In this document: positions 10,858 through 19,716 of the stretch, piece by piece
How positions within the stretch are numbered: position 1 is the stretch's first letter
How the letters are laid out: each line of letters opens with the position of its first letter
Source of the DNA: a virus
Taxonomy: Duplodnaviria; Caudoviricetes
Length of the DNA stretch: 36,759 nucleotides
IMG/VR virus record: IMGVR_UViG_3300010366_000028
Span: 1 to 36,759 of that record
Reading direction: 5' to 3' (one strand)
Translations under genes and position numbers: made by a program
Notes under the pieces: generated by a model
The model's database searches: none
What the model was told of the DNA's origin: nothing
Seen by the model: only the letters and a program-made list of their open reading frames with translations

Positions 10858-11094
10858 TCAGCAGTGCTCCATCAGGTCTTTGAACGCGTCATAGGCTTTG
10901 TCGGAGTCGACCCCCTTGACGCCGATGGCCCGGAGAAAGTCGGACATGGCGGAGACTCCCGCCGCCTTGTCGGCGTCCTCGTCCTCCGACTCGGCGTCCG
11001 ACTCGGGCTCGTCGCCCGCATAGTCCTCGCTCCCCTTCCCTTTCATCTTGTCAGGGGAGGGGAGCCCGATCGCGATGAAGCCCTTCTTAGCCAT
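10858..11094 (-). CDS. Small acidic hypothetical protein, 78 aa
   Basis: Clean ORF in the virion operon. Confidence 0.65.
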   Translation of the reverse strand: MAKKGFIAIGLPSPDKMKGKGSEDYAGDEPESDAESEDEDADKAAGVSAMSDFLRAIGVKGVDSDKAYDAFKDLMEHC

Positions 11095-11097
11095 GGT

Positions 11098-11493
11098 TCA
11101 CGCGTCGAATCCAATCAGGGTGAGGTGCACCTTGGAGCCGTCGGCAAACGCGGCGTCCGCGCCGGAGCTGGCGAGGATCCCCTGGACGTACAGGGTCTGC
11201 GTGCCGACGTTGCGCGCGTTGCAGGTGTTCGCGTTGGTGTTGCCGAAGGCCGTGTCGTCCGGCCCCTGCAGCACGCACCCCACCACCACGACCCGCTTAA
11301 AGGCGCGGTGGAGGGTGACGGTGAAGCGACCGGTCTTCGCGGCGGTGGCTGCCACCGTGAAGCCACTCAACGACGTGCCGTCGGAGGCGGACACGGCGTT
11401 GGTGGTGATGGTGAACCGCCCCGACATGATGACCGGCAACGTCGCCGCTGCCCCCTGGCAAACCTGAATCCCGGTCGTGACTTGGTAGGACAT
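11098..11493 (-). CDS. Putative minor capsid/decoration protein, 131 aa
   Basis: Directly downstream of the capsid gene with a GAGGGG RBS; small and beta-rich. Confidence 0.6.
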   Translation of the reverse strand: MSYQVTTGIQVCQGAAATLPVIMSGRFTITTNAVSASDGTSLSGFTVAATAAKTGRFTVTLHRAFKRVVVVGCVLQGPDDTAFGNTNANTCNARNVGTQTLYVQGILASSGADAAFADGSKVHLTLIGFDA

Positions 11494-11503
11494 CGTCCCC
11501 CTC

Positions 11504-12769
11504 TTAGGTGCGGGTCGGCAGGATCAGCCGGCCATTCCAGCCCGGGGCGTGGCACTTCAGGTTGGCGTAGTAGCCGCAACGACCCGCGTACGCGTCCGCC
11601 CCGGACATACGCAGGAACTGGTTGCCGTCCAGGTTGAGGATCTTGGGAACCATCCCCAGCGAGATGACCTCCCAGGTATCCCGCTGCAGCGCCCAGACGT
11701 CGTTGATGTCGCAGAAGCGATCCTCGACGACCTCGGCCCCCTCGAACTTGAACGACTCAAACGCGATGTAACCCGTCGCGCTCTTGATCTCCGACCCGCT
11801 GTAGCGCCCCTGGCTCTGCAGGATCTTGCGCAGGTCCGCCGCGCGGTTCGGGTTCATGATGATCAGATCGACCGCTCCGCCGAGGCGGTTCACCTCCGCG
11901 GTGATGTCGATCGTGCCGTTCAGGATGTCGCCGCCGGTCGTCGACTGGTCGATGCACACCCCGTAAAAGGCGCTCGACTTGCGGCGGTCCCAGCCCGGGA
12001 ACAGGTCATTGGCCGAGCTCGGCGCGGTGGATGGGATCCACGCGGGCAGGCCCGACATCTTGTAGCGCGTGGAGACCGAGGAGACTTGGCGGTCGCCCTC
12101 GCCGATCACAACGTCGCCAACCGCCAGCAGCGCGATCGTGGACATGGCGGCCGTCCAGGTGACCGTGCCAGCCGTCAGGTTCACGCTGTCGACGGTGAGC
12201 GTGGCACCAGCGGCTCGTGCGTCGCCGGTCTCACTGGGCGCGAAGAAGTAGGTCTGGCCGCGGTTGAAATTGACCGCCGATTCGCGCTTGGCCAGCGTCA
12301 TCACCGTGGAGGTGACCGAGCTGGTCGAGGCGATCGTGCCGACCGTGCCGTAGCCCGACCGGAACAGGTCCACCGAGGCCTGGCGTCCGACCTTGCGTAG
12401 CGCGGAGTCGATCGAGAACTGCAGGGTCGGCATGAAGGCGTTGAGGTCACCCTTGGCAGCCTCGATCGCCATCCCCTTGATCGTGAAGCTCGCGAAGTCC
12501 TCGATCAGAGGCTCCGCGACCTGCACGCCCTGGATGCCGACGGTTCCGGCTTGGGTCTCAGCGACGAACATGTCGTGCGAGCGCCCGCCGACGTCGTCCG
12601 AGATCACCGGATAGTTGACCGTTGATCCGCCAGCGTTGGTGTCCTTCCCCAGGAGCGCAAACGTTGGGCTCTTTTTGAACGCGAGGGTCTCAACGAACTT
12701 GGGCGAGTAATGGATCTTGAGCAACGGGGCCGCGTTGCTCATATCGATAGCGACGTTGGGCGCAGCCAT
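11504..12769 (-). CDS. Major capsid protein (HK97-fold expected), 421 aa
   Basis: Size and position after the scaffold. Motifs LLK.HY...V, LFRSGYG, DLIIMNP, VVEDRFC and YYANLKCHAPGWNGRL. Confidence 0.85.
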   Translation of the reverse strand: MAAPNVAIDMSNAAPLLKIHYSPKFVETLAFKKSPTFALLGKDTNAGGSTVNYPVISDDVGGRSHDMFVAETQAGTVGIQGVQVAEPLIEDFASFTIKGMAIEAAKGDLNAFMPTLQFSIDSALRKVGRQASVDLFRSGYGTVGTIASTSSVTSTVMTLAKRESAVNFNRGQTYFFAPSETGDARAAGATLTVDSVNLTAGTVTWTAAMSTIALLAVGDVVIGEGDRQVSSVSTRYKMSGLPAWIPSTAPSSANDLFPGWDRRKSSAFYGVCIDQSTTGGDILNGTIDITAEVNRLGGAVDLIIMNPNRAADLRKILQSQGRYSGSEIKSATGYIAFESFKFEGAEVVEDRFCDINDVWALQRDTWEVISLGMVPKILNLDGNQFLRMSGADAYAGRCGYYANLKCHAPGWNGRLILPTRT

Positions 12770-12867
12770 CTCCCGGCTTCCTTGCCGCCCACCTCGGGCA
12801 GCTGTTTCGTGTTAGCCCCTGTCGCTATCGGGGAGCGGCGCTTACGCTGGTGCGCCGTTTCGCCAAC

Positions 12868-12882
12868 GTGCCGACTGTTACG
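12868..12882 (-). promoter_or_regulatory. Late-gene motif CGTAAC-AGTC-GGCAC upstream of the capsid gene
   Basis: Exact match overlapping the scaffold TAA. Followed by a ~98-nt leader with a CGGCGC/GCGCCG hairpin and an AAGGAAG RBS. Confidence 0.7.
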
Positions 12883-13711
12883 AAACCGGAGCGGAAGGCT
12901 TGCCGTACCGGGCGAGAATCGCGGCCATGCGGGCTTTGCCGTCCATCGGCAGCCCGTCGTCGCCATCGGGCTGTGGCGCGGAGGTGCGGGTCATGCCGTT
13001 GGTGAGCGCCGAGGGTGGCTTGGCGGGCTCGGGCTTCTTACGCGGCCCCATCCCCTCGTCGGACAGGTACTTCTCGACCTTGTCCGCGATCATCCAGACG
13101 ATCTGATCGGGAACGTCTCCGTGGAGCTTGTAGTAGGCCTCGATCTCGCCCCAGATCATCTGGTGCCCGAGCGCGCCGGTCGCGCGATCGTGTTTGGGCG
13201 AGGCGTCGATCGCCTCGAACACCTTTTTCTGGGCGGACTCGATCCGTTCGGCGCGGGCATCGGCCGCCGCCGCCTCATCCTCCTGCTTGAAACGAGCCTC
13301 GATGGCGTCCAGCCGCTTGGCCTCGGTGGGGGCCGCGTCGTCCCCCGGCGAGTCCACCAGGGCCTTGAGGTACGTCTTGACGTCCGGGTAGCCGCCCAGG
13401 CGCAGCAGGGCCGCCGGGTTGCGCTGCACCTCACTCCGAAGGTCGTCGTACTCCTTGGCGCGCGCCTCCAGCGCCTTGGCGCGGTTCTCGCGCTCCAGGG
13501 CGCGCTCAGCGCGCTTGGACGCGGCGGCCAGGATCTTCCGGGCCTTGGCTATCTCGGGCGTTTCAGCGGCGGCTGCGGGTGGCTCCTCGCCCTCGGCGGG
13601 CTTGGCGGGCTCTGCTGGCTCCGTTGGCGCTGCTGGCGCGGGTTCGGTAGGGGCAGGCGCTGCAGGGTCCGCGGCAGGCGTTGGATCGGCAGGGGTAGTT
13701 TCATCGCTCAT
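12878..13711 (-). CDS. Capsid scaffolding protein, 277 aa
   Basis: Pro/Ala/Glu-rich N-terminus and coiled-coil, immediately upstream of the capsid gene. Confidence 0.75.
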   Translation of the reverse strand: MSDETTPADPTPAADPAAPAPTEPAPAAPTEPAEPAKPAEGEEPPAAAAETPEIAKARKILAAASKRAERALERENRAKALEARAKEYDDLRSEVQRNPAALLRLGGYPDVKTYLKALVDSPGDDAAPTEAKRLDAIEARFKQEDEAAAADARAERIESAQKKVFEAIDASPKHDRATGALGHQMIWGEIEAYYKLHGDVPDQIVWMIADKVEKYLSDEGMGPRKKPEPAKPPSALTNGMTRTSAPQPDGDDGLPMDGKARMAAILARYGKPSAPVS

Positions 13712-13943
13712 TGTTTAACTTCCCGAACGAGGTTTGGATGGCGCGCGCCGCGATCCGCCATTCGAGGCAAAGGCGGCGAGTAAGCGGGCGATCGTCGGTG
13801 GACATGGCAGCCACGAGGTCGCCGCATTCCTGCAAGTAGTGATAGAAGCCCAGCGATAGACGAACCGTCGGCCGCGTGGCCTCAACGGGAGGGGCGCACG
13901 GTTGCGTGGGCTCCTCAACGTCGTCCTCGATTCCCGGGATCAT
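13701..13943 (-). CDS. Hypothetical protein, 80 aa
   Basis: ATGA overlap with the portal stop; fills the portal-scaffold gap. Confidence 0.5.
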   Translation of the reverse strand: MIPGIEDDVEEPTQPCAPPVEATRPTVRLSLGFYHYLQECGDLVAAMSTDDRPLTRRLCLEWRIAARAIQTSFGKLNNER

Positions 13944-15829
13944 GCCGCCGCCAGTTGGACCGGCGGGATCGCGCCAGCCTCGGGGGCCGGAGGAGCGCCG
14001 CCGCCAGCGCCAGGAGGAGGCGCTGCCTGCGCCTCAGGGCCACCCGCAGCCGCCGCTCCCACCACGCCATTGATCTTGCCTTGCAGCCGCTTGACCTCGT
14101 CGAGATACACGCGGAGGAGGTCGAGGTTCTTCTCGGGAACGTCTTCGAGCTCGCCGAGCTTCAGGTAGCGGACGCCGTTCTTGAGAGCCAGGGCCAGGTT
14201 GTCGTACTCGGTCGGCAGCTCCGCCTTCCCGTCGATCAGGATGTTCTCGATCTGCTGCGAGATGCGCATCTCGGCGGCGCGCTCGAACGAGAACTCCGCC
14301 TCCGGATCCAGGTCGTCGAGCGCCGCCTGGGCGCGGTCCTGATCCCACACCCCGCCGCGCACCAGGTTGGTGACGGTGTCGATGCGGTCGGCCGGAGTCT
14401 GCGACAGCAGGTTCTCGGGCCAGGTGTCGACCACGAAGTCCGTCTCCGTGAGGTCCGCGACCTCGGACCAGTCGATGGTCTGCAGGAACCTGTAGCCCGG
14501 GACCTTGGCGACGACCGAGTACGACTTGTTAGAGCCGTAAACGAGCTTGGCCATGTTGACCGCGATCTTGGCCAGCTCGACAAAGAACGCCTCGTAGCGG
14601 GCCTGCCGGACCGCCAGGCGGTTCTGCTGGATCTCCATCGAGGAGCGGACCGCCTCGCCGGACTCGAGACCGGCTTCGCGCTGCCCAGCCGCCGCGTTCT
14701 GGTTGATCCCGCACAGCTCGTAGGCCTGCTGGACGTGCTGGTTGAGCATGTCGTAGGGCTCGCGCGACAGCGCCTGCACGGTGAGCGCCTGGGGCGCGCC
14801 GCCGGTCCCCTCGATGAACGAGCCGATGTCGTTGCTGATGCCGCTGCGGTTGATCTTGGCCCCCTTGGGGAGCCACCACCGCGGCACGCACGCCAGCTTG
14901 ATCGAGCGGTGGATGCGGGTGAGGAGGTTGTCGATCATCAGCTGGATGGGCGCGACGCCCTCAGCCAGCGAGCGACCCCACACGCCCGTGATCGCCGGAT
15001 CGCTGACCAGCAGTACGAAGGGGACCCACTTAAACTTCCACTTCTCCTTGCGCAGCAGACAGCCGGGCTCATTGCCTGGGATCACGATGGCGTGGAAGCC
15101 GTCTTTGCTGGGCAGGGAGCGGCGATACAGCTCATAAACAGGGACCATCCGCGTGTTGAGACCGTTGCCGCTGGGGTCCTCGGAGCGGGCGTGGATGATC
15201 GCCATCTGCTTTTCCGGCGAGTCGCCAAACTCGTCGAGCAGGACCGTCTTGTCGATCAGCCGCTTGCGCCCGATGACCTGGGCATTGTTGAAACCGTTAA
15301 ACCCTGCCGAGGCGTCGATCAGGATCTCGGTTGGGAGGATCCGCTCGATCTTCACGCGGCCGTCGTAGTGGCAGACCTGCAGGACCCCGCCTCCCATGAG
15401 CGCGTCATCCACGCAGACCATGCGGCCCAACTCATAGACGTCGTTCTCGGAGAAGATGCCGTCGTTGAGGTACTGCATCTTCTTGACCGCGCGGTGGGTC
15501 CGGCCGGTGCCGCCGGAGGCCAGGAAGCGAGGACGCGGGCGCGAGCGCGAGATGGTCGCCGCGTACGCCGAGATGACCGACCGCAGGACGTTCCAGACCT
15601 TGCGGTCGTAGAGCGTCCACAGGGGGACCATCGTGGACGTGGCCCCGACGGGCATCAGGGGGACCGCGGCGTTCTCGTACATCGCCACGTGGGTCGCGGC
15701 GGTGGCGCGGCGCATGATCTCGGACGCTGAGTCCTCGACCGCGCGCGAGTACTCGAAGGCATAGCGAGCGCGCAGCTCGTCCGGCACCTCCTCGGCCCAG
15801 AAGTCGATGTCAGGCTGGGCGGGCACCAT
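13940..15829 (-). CDS. Portal protein, 629 aa
   Basis: WNVLRSVIS...RPRPRF, DDALMGGG, WGRSLAE.V.PIQ, CGINQ.AAAG.R..GLESG.A and a low-complexity tail: a podovirus portal pattern. Confidence 0.85.
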   Translation of the reverse strand: MVPAQPDIDFWAEEVPDELRARYAFEYSRAVEDSASEIMRRATAATHVAMYENAAVPLMPVGATSTMVPLWTLYDRKVWNVLRSVISAYAATISRSRPRPRFLASGGTGRTHRAVKKMQYLNDGIFSENDVYELGRMVCVDDALMGGGVLQVCHYDGRVKIERILPTEILIDASAGFNGFNNAQVIGRKRLIDKTVLLDEFGDSPEKQMAIIHARSEDPSGNGLNTRMVPVYELYRRSLPSKDGFHAIVIPGNEPGCLLRKEKWKFKWVPFVLLVSDPAITGVWGRSLAEGVAPIQLMIDNLLTRIHRSIKLACVPRWWLPKGAKINRSGISNDIGSFIEGTGGAPQALTVQALSREPYDMLNQHVQQAYELCGINQNAAAGQREAGLESGEAVRSSMEIQQNRLAVRQARYEAFFVELAKIAVNMAKLVYGSNKSYSVVAKVPGYRFLQTIDWSEVADLTETDFVVDTWPENLLSQTPADRIDTVTNLVRGGVWDQDRAQAALDDLDPEAEFSFERAAEMRISQQIENILIDGKAELPTEYDNLALALKNGVRYLKLGELEDVPEKNLDLLRVYLDEVKRLQGKINGVVGAAAAGGPEAQAAPPPGAGGGAPPAPEAGAIPPVQLAAA

Positions 15830-15832
15830 GGG

Positions 15833-16075
15833 CTAGGACCGTTTGCCGTTGGCCTCGACGATGGCCGCCGCTGCTTTGTCGATCGCCTCCTGGTAGGCCT
15901 TCCCAGGATCGAAGTCCTCCTCCTCGGGGCCGCCCGCCGCCATCTCGGCGGACCTGGGCTGCGGCCAGGCGGGCTGCAGCTCTAGGCACATCTCGGGCGT
16001 CTCATACTTGGTCACGCCGTGCGCGCGGAGAGCGCCGAGGAGCCCGAGCAGCGCCTCCAGGTCGTCGTTGGACAT
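15833..16075 (-). CDS. Hypothetical protein, 80 aa, first gene of the virion operon
   Basis: L..LR.HGV.KYE pattern; starts 8 nt after the late motif. Confidence 0.7.
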   Translation of the reverse strand: MSNDDLEALLGLLGALRAHGVTKYETPEMCLELQPAWPQPRSAEMAAGGPEEEDFDPGKAYQEAIDKAAAAIVEANGKRS

Positions 16076-16083
16076 CAGTCCGG

Positions 16084-16111
16084 GTGCCGCCTGTTACGGA
16101 TCGGGCGGCAC
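16084..16111. promoter_or_regulatory. Back-to-back late motif (bidirectional promoter candidate)
   Basis: GTGCC-GCCT-GTTACG (exact copy on minus) overlaps CGGATC-GGGC-GGCAC (degenerate copy on plus), between divergent ATGs at 16075 and 16119. Confidence 0.7.
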
Positions 16112-16118
16112 GCTGGCG

Positions 16119-17612
16119 ATGCAGCCGCGTCTCACGAAGGCCGAGGCAGCCAAGCGAGAGCTGGACCGGCGTGCGCGACGGGCCCGCTTTGATCCTATCG
16201 CCATCTGTCACCCCAAACAGGCGGCGGTGGTGGCGGACCCGTCGCGCAACCTGGTCGTGGTCGCCGGTCGGCAATCGGGCAAGTCGTTCGTGGCGGTGCT
16301 TTGCGCGCTCCTGTGGGCTCGTTCAACCGAGCGCTGCAACGTTGTCTACGTCTCCGCGACGTACGCCTCGGTCAAGAAGATGGCTTGGCAGCCGTTGCTG
16401 GCCATAAACCGCGAGTACGCCCTCGGCGGCCACCCCAACTACACCGAGCTGTCGATGTCGTTCCCCAACGGCTCGACGATCTACCTGCTGGGCGTCGACT
16501 CCGAGAAGTCAGCCGACAAAGCCCGCGGCATCCCGCGCCTGGTGGGCGCGATCGTCGACGAGTGTGCCCGCTACGACCCCGATGTCCTCCGATACCTGCT
16601 GCGTGACGTGATCCGGCCGGGTCTCAGGCCCATGGCGGGGCGGATCATGTTGGCCGGGACCCCGAGCCCGCTCGGGAAAGTGGGCCCGCTGTGGGAGGCC
16701 CGCGAAAATCCCGCGTTTTCGCACCACACCTGGGACGCCTACGACAACACCAAGGTCGGGACCCGCGAGCAGATCGAGAAGATCATCGAGGACGACCTCA
16801 AGACCGAGCTCCAGGGGCGCGAAGGGGCGTGGTTCCGACGCGAATATCTCGCGGAATGGGTCGTGGACGAGGAGTCGCGCGTCTATCACTTCGACGAGGA
16901 CCGCAACACCTACGACCAGCTGCCCAACGACCTCAACATGTTCGCGTGCGCCGGCGACATCGGCGTGCGGGACGCCGACGCCATGGCCATCGTGGGCTGG
17001 AACGACGACCGGCCCGACCTGTATCTGGTCGAGGAGGTGATCCGACGCGGCCAAGACGCGCTCGATATGGGCGTCGAGGTCGAACGGGTGTGGAACACAT
17101 TCAATCCGATCGTGCTGGCCTTCGACGGAGGCGGCGGTGGGCTCAAGACGATCCTCACCATCCAGCACCTCTACCCCAACGCGCCGATCAAGGCGGTCGA
17201 CAAACCCAACGTGAACATGCAGGTCAAGGCCTTGAACCAGCTCCTGCGCCGCCTCAAGGTCCGGCGCGGGTCTCGCTTCTACGAGGAGGTCCGCAACAGC
17301 GAGTGGCTGCACGGGATCGTCAACGGACGGATCCGCGAGTACGGCCACAGCGACATCGTTCCCGCCATGCGCTACCTGGCGGTCGAGGTGCTCCAATACC
17401 TGCCCGGCGAGCTGGAGGTCTTCCGGGCCCCGCCGCCGAGCCTCCAGGACCGATACCGCGAGCAGGCGGTGCGGGAGGCCCGCCGCGTGCGACAGAACGG
17501 TGGCATCCAGGGCCTGCCGCCCGTGGACGACGAGGGGCGCGACTACCTGGAAACCACCGAGGAGCTCCCCGAGCCCGGCTGGAATCCGTGGGGCGGCGGC
17601 CAGGCCTGGTAG
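16119..17612 (+). CDS. terL: Terminase large subunit
   Basis: HPKQ Q-motif, Walker A VAGRQSGKS, Walker B AIVDE, coupling motif AGTP, RNase H-like AGDIG.RD and HSD...AMRY. ATG 16119 is preferred over the ORF-track start 16008. Confidence 0.93.
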   Translation: MQPRLTKAEAAKRELDRRARRARFDPIAICHPKQAAVVADPSRNLVVVAGRQSGKSFVAVLCALLWARSTERCNVVYVSATYASVKKMAWQPLLAINREYALGGHPNYTELSMSFPNGSTIYLLGVDSEKSADKARGIPRLVGAIVDECARYDPDVLRYLLRDVIRPGLRPMAGRIMLAGTPSPLGKVGPLWEARENPAFSHHTWDAYDNTKVGTREQIEKIIEDDLKTELQGREGAWFRREYLAEWVVDEESRVYHFDEDRNTYDQLPNDLNMFACAGDIGVRDADAMAIVGWNDDRPDLYLVEEVIRRGQDALDMGVEVERVWNTFNPIVLAFDGGGGGLKTILTIQHLYPNAPIKAVDKPNVNMQVKALNQLLRRLKVRRGSRFYEEVRNSEWLHGIVNGRIREYGHSDIVPAMRYLAVEVLQYLPGELEVFRAPPPSLQDRYREQAVREARRVRQNGGIQGLPPVDDEGRDYLETTEELPEPGWNPWGGGQAW

Positions 17613-17662
17613 GGGGGGGCATAAATAACTCGGCGCGGCCCGATTTACGTCCACCCCCCATC

Positions 17663-17698
17663 CACCGTGTTGCACACGGTGAGTAACACGATTACTGT
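17663..17698 (+). promoter_or_regulatory. Sigma70-type promoter TTGCAC-N17-TACTGT with overlapping operator-like palindromes
   Basis: -35 at 17670-17675, -10 at 17693-17698, ATG 7 nt later (leaderless). Palindromes CACCGTGT-TGC-ACACGGTG and AGTAA-CACGA-TTACT overlap it. Confidence 0.6.
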
Positions 17699-17705
17699 AT
17701 GAGAC

Positions 17706-18062
17706 ATGAAAAACACCACCGACCCCCTGGTTACCGCGACCCTAACCCGCAACGAGTTTGGAAGTGTCCGGATCCGATTCACGGCCCTGCGCGCTCCCGG
17801 CCAGAAGATGCCGACCGGCGCGGAGGAGCGCCTCTTCAGCGCCCGCATCTACGAGCTGGCCGCCGCGATGGAGCGCGCCCTGGCGACCCTGGGCGAGACC
17901 TGGGCGGTCAGCGCAAGCACCTGGGACCGCAAGATCGACATCGAGGGCGGCGACAATGACCTCCCCGCCACCATCGAGAAGTTCGCGCGCCGGATCCTGG
18001 CGGAGTGTTCGATCCCGGTCGCCACCGAGGGCCTGGCCAAGCTGAACCGGAGGGCCCGCTAA
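17706..18062 (+). CDS. Hypothetical early protein, 118 aa
   Basis: ORF with typical GC3 bias directly after the promoter. Confidence 0.7.
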   Translation: MKNTTDPLVTATLTRNEFGSVRIRFTALRAPGQKMPTGAEERLFSARIYELAAAMERALATLGETWAVSASTWDRKIDIEGGDNDLPATIEKFARRILAECSIPVATEGLAKLNRRAR

Positions 18063-18063
18063 C

Positions 18064-18444
18064 ATGGCCCCCAAGGTGCGCGAGGCCTCCTGCACCGAGG
18101 AGGTCAAGGCGCTGGTGGACTTCGGGATCACGGACCGCAAGGGGCGCGCGATCGGGGCCCAGATCGCAACCTGGGAGGCGGAGTACGTACCGGTCGCCGC
18201 GGATCAGGCCGACAAGGACTACGGTCCCGAGGGCTGGTACATCAACCGCCAGCCGGGCCGCTACTACGGGTTCCGGCCCTGGGCGACGCGCAACGGGAAG
18301 CACTACGGGGCCATGCAGCCCAGCTACCTGTACGCGACCACCGAGGAGCGCGAGGCGGCCATCGCCAAGTACCTGGACAGCGCCCGCAAGCGCAACGCCA
18401 AGCTGTTCGCGCCGGAGGAGGTGACAGTTGCCCGCCCCCGCTAA
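18064..18444 (+). CDS. Hypothetical protein, 126 aa
   Basis: Tandem ORF (ATRNGKHYGAMQ...TEEREAAIAKY). Confidence 0.7.
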   Translation: MAPKVREASCTEEVKALVDFGITDRKGRAIGAQIATWEAEYVPVAADQADKDYGPEGWYINRQPGRYYGFRPWATRNGKHYGAMQPSYLYATTEEREAAIAKYLDSARKRNAKLFAPEEVTVARPR

Positions 18445-18592
18445 CCACGCTGGCCGCACCCGTGAGGACCGCAAGTTCCTGACGGCCCCGGTCACCAAGG
18501 ACGAGAAGCGCCGCGCGGTCGACAAGGCCAGGCGGCTCAAGATCTCGGTCTCCGACCTGGTTCGCCTCGCGGTGGAGGCGTACGAGCCATGA
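18428..18592 (+). CDS. Ribbon-helix-helix (CopG/Arc-like) DNA-binding protein, 54 aa, not in the ORF track
   Basis: TTG start after GGAGGAGG. KFLTAPVTKDEKRRAVDKARRLKISVSDLVRLAVEAY fits the RHH pattern; ATGA overlap with the next gene. Confidence 0.7.
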   Translation: MPAPANHAGRTREDRKFLTAPVTKDEKRRAVDKARRLKISVSDLVRLAVEAYEP

Positions 18593-18789
18593 GGACCTGC
18601 CACCACGGAGAGCCCAGCGACATGATCTGCTCCAACTGCGTCGAGGAGGAGAAGCTGTCCCGGGAACAGATCGCGCACGCCCGAGCGATCCGCCTCCTGC
18701 GCGACTGGCTGCACGTGTCGGGGGCCGACGCCAGCTTGCGCCGCCGGACGCGGGCCCTGATCCGCACCTGGGATAGCCGCCGCCTCTAA
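18589..18789 (+). CDS. Hypothetical protein with Cys/His N-terminus, 66 aa
   Basis: CHHG...CSNC, GGAGG RBS, ATGA coupling. Confidence 0.6.
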   Translation: MRTCHHGEPSDMICSNCVEEEKLSREQIAHARAIRLLRDWLHVSGADASLRRRTRALIRTWDSRRL

Positions 18790-18815
18790 GACCGCCAACG
18801 GCAACACCGCCAAGG

Positions 18816-18843
18816 GGGCCCCGACCGAGGGGCCCTTCTCATT
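18816..18843 (+). terminator. Possible intrinsic terminator
   Basis: GGGCCCC-GACCGA-GGGGCCC hairpin followed by TTCTCATT (weak U-tract). Confidence 0.4.
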
Positions 18844-18864
18844 GGGACCGCTGGGCACAGGGCC

Positions 18865-19140
18865 ATGGCGAAGCGCAAGGACAAGCACCTGGCCGCAGCC
18901 GCGCCCCTCACTCTAGGAGCCCCCATGGTTGACGCCGACCGAGACCCAGCCGATCCCGATAGCGCGGCCCACGACGCGCTCGTGACCCTGCTCCAGCAGA
19001 CCAGCGAGAACACCTTCCCCTCGGGGGGCGTGTTCGACGGGATCCTGACCAGCGAGAACCGCGCCGTCGTCGTGGCCCTGGCGGCGATCGGGCTCATCCT
19101 GGATAAGCGACTCGCGATGAGCGAGCGGCAACGCGGCTAA
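18865..19140 (+). CDS. Hypothetical protein, 91 aa
   Basis: ORF with a hydrophobic C-terminal helix. Confidence 0.5.
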   Translation: MAKRKDKHLAAAAPLTLGAPMVDADRDPADPDSAAHDALVTLLQQTSENTFPSGGVFDGILTSENRAVVVALAAIGLILDKRLAMSERQRG

Positions 19141-19277
19141 TTTCCCTCGCGTCCACTAGTCTCGTTTGGCATGCGCCACCCCCTGGGCGACCACGATCGC
19201 ATATAGCAGCGAGCGGGCTTGATCCCCCGTCAACACTTCGATGTCCTCAATCGTGGCGTGGTGTAGCTTCCCGTCCG

Positions 19278-19463
19278 TTAAGCCTCGGGGTCCCCACCGA
19301 TCGGGTAGTGGAGCTGCCGATAGTCGTCGACCACGAAGGTCAGCTCGCTAATCAGGTCCAGGGCATCGGGCGGGAGCGGCTGCGAACCCTCTGCCAGCTC
19401 CATCCATCTCAGGAGCGCCTTGGCCTGCAGGTAGTCGCTGGCGGTCTCGATCTCGATCTTCAT
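19278..19463 (-). CDS. HigA antitoxin N-terminal-domain-like protein lacking the HTH, 61 aa
   Basis: IETASDYLQA...LDLISELTFVVDDYRQLHYPI resembles the HigA/YgjM-type I.T..DY..AL...L..LVE.YE..HYPI. Confidence 0.55.
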   Translation of the reverse strand: MKIEIETASDYLQAKALLRWMELAEGSQPLPPDALDLISELTFVVDDYRQLHYPIGGDPEA

Positions 19464-19544
19464 GCCCGCAGCCTATCGCGTCCCCTGGGTAAGGTGACCA
19501 CCCTATTCCAGTGTCACGTGAAACACGCTACCCATGCTGGTGCG

Positions 19545-19716
19545 TGCGGCCTGACTAACGTCGGTGCTAGCAATCGGAGTCAGGGGGGTCCCGGGCCTTG
19601 TAAACCCGGGGCCCTTCGGGCTTCTTAGGGTCCGCCGCCTCGGACCGCTCGGGTTTGGTTACCTCATCTCGAAAATGAGGCCCTCCGCAAGGGGGGCCAT
19701 ACCAAGCCCACTTTTT
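19545..19716 (+). ncRNA. Structured non-coding RNA candidate (multi-hairpin)
   Basis: Stems CCTGACT/AGTCAGG, CCCGGG/CCCGGG, GCCC-TTCG-GGC and GGTCCG/CGGACC. GGGTTTGGT/ACCAAGCCC encloses CCTCAT/ATGAGG and CCCTCC-GCAA-GGGGGG. Ends in CTTTTT. Confidence 0.55.

Noticed and set aside
5772-15730. Long plus-strand ORFs opposite the virion genes (e.g. 5772..7367, 7704..9602, 10174..11637, 13955..15730)
   Set aside because: Shadow ORFs typical of high-GC coding DNA; no motifs, and the minus strand carries coherent phage genes.
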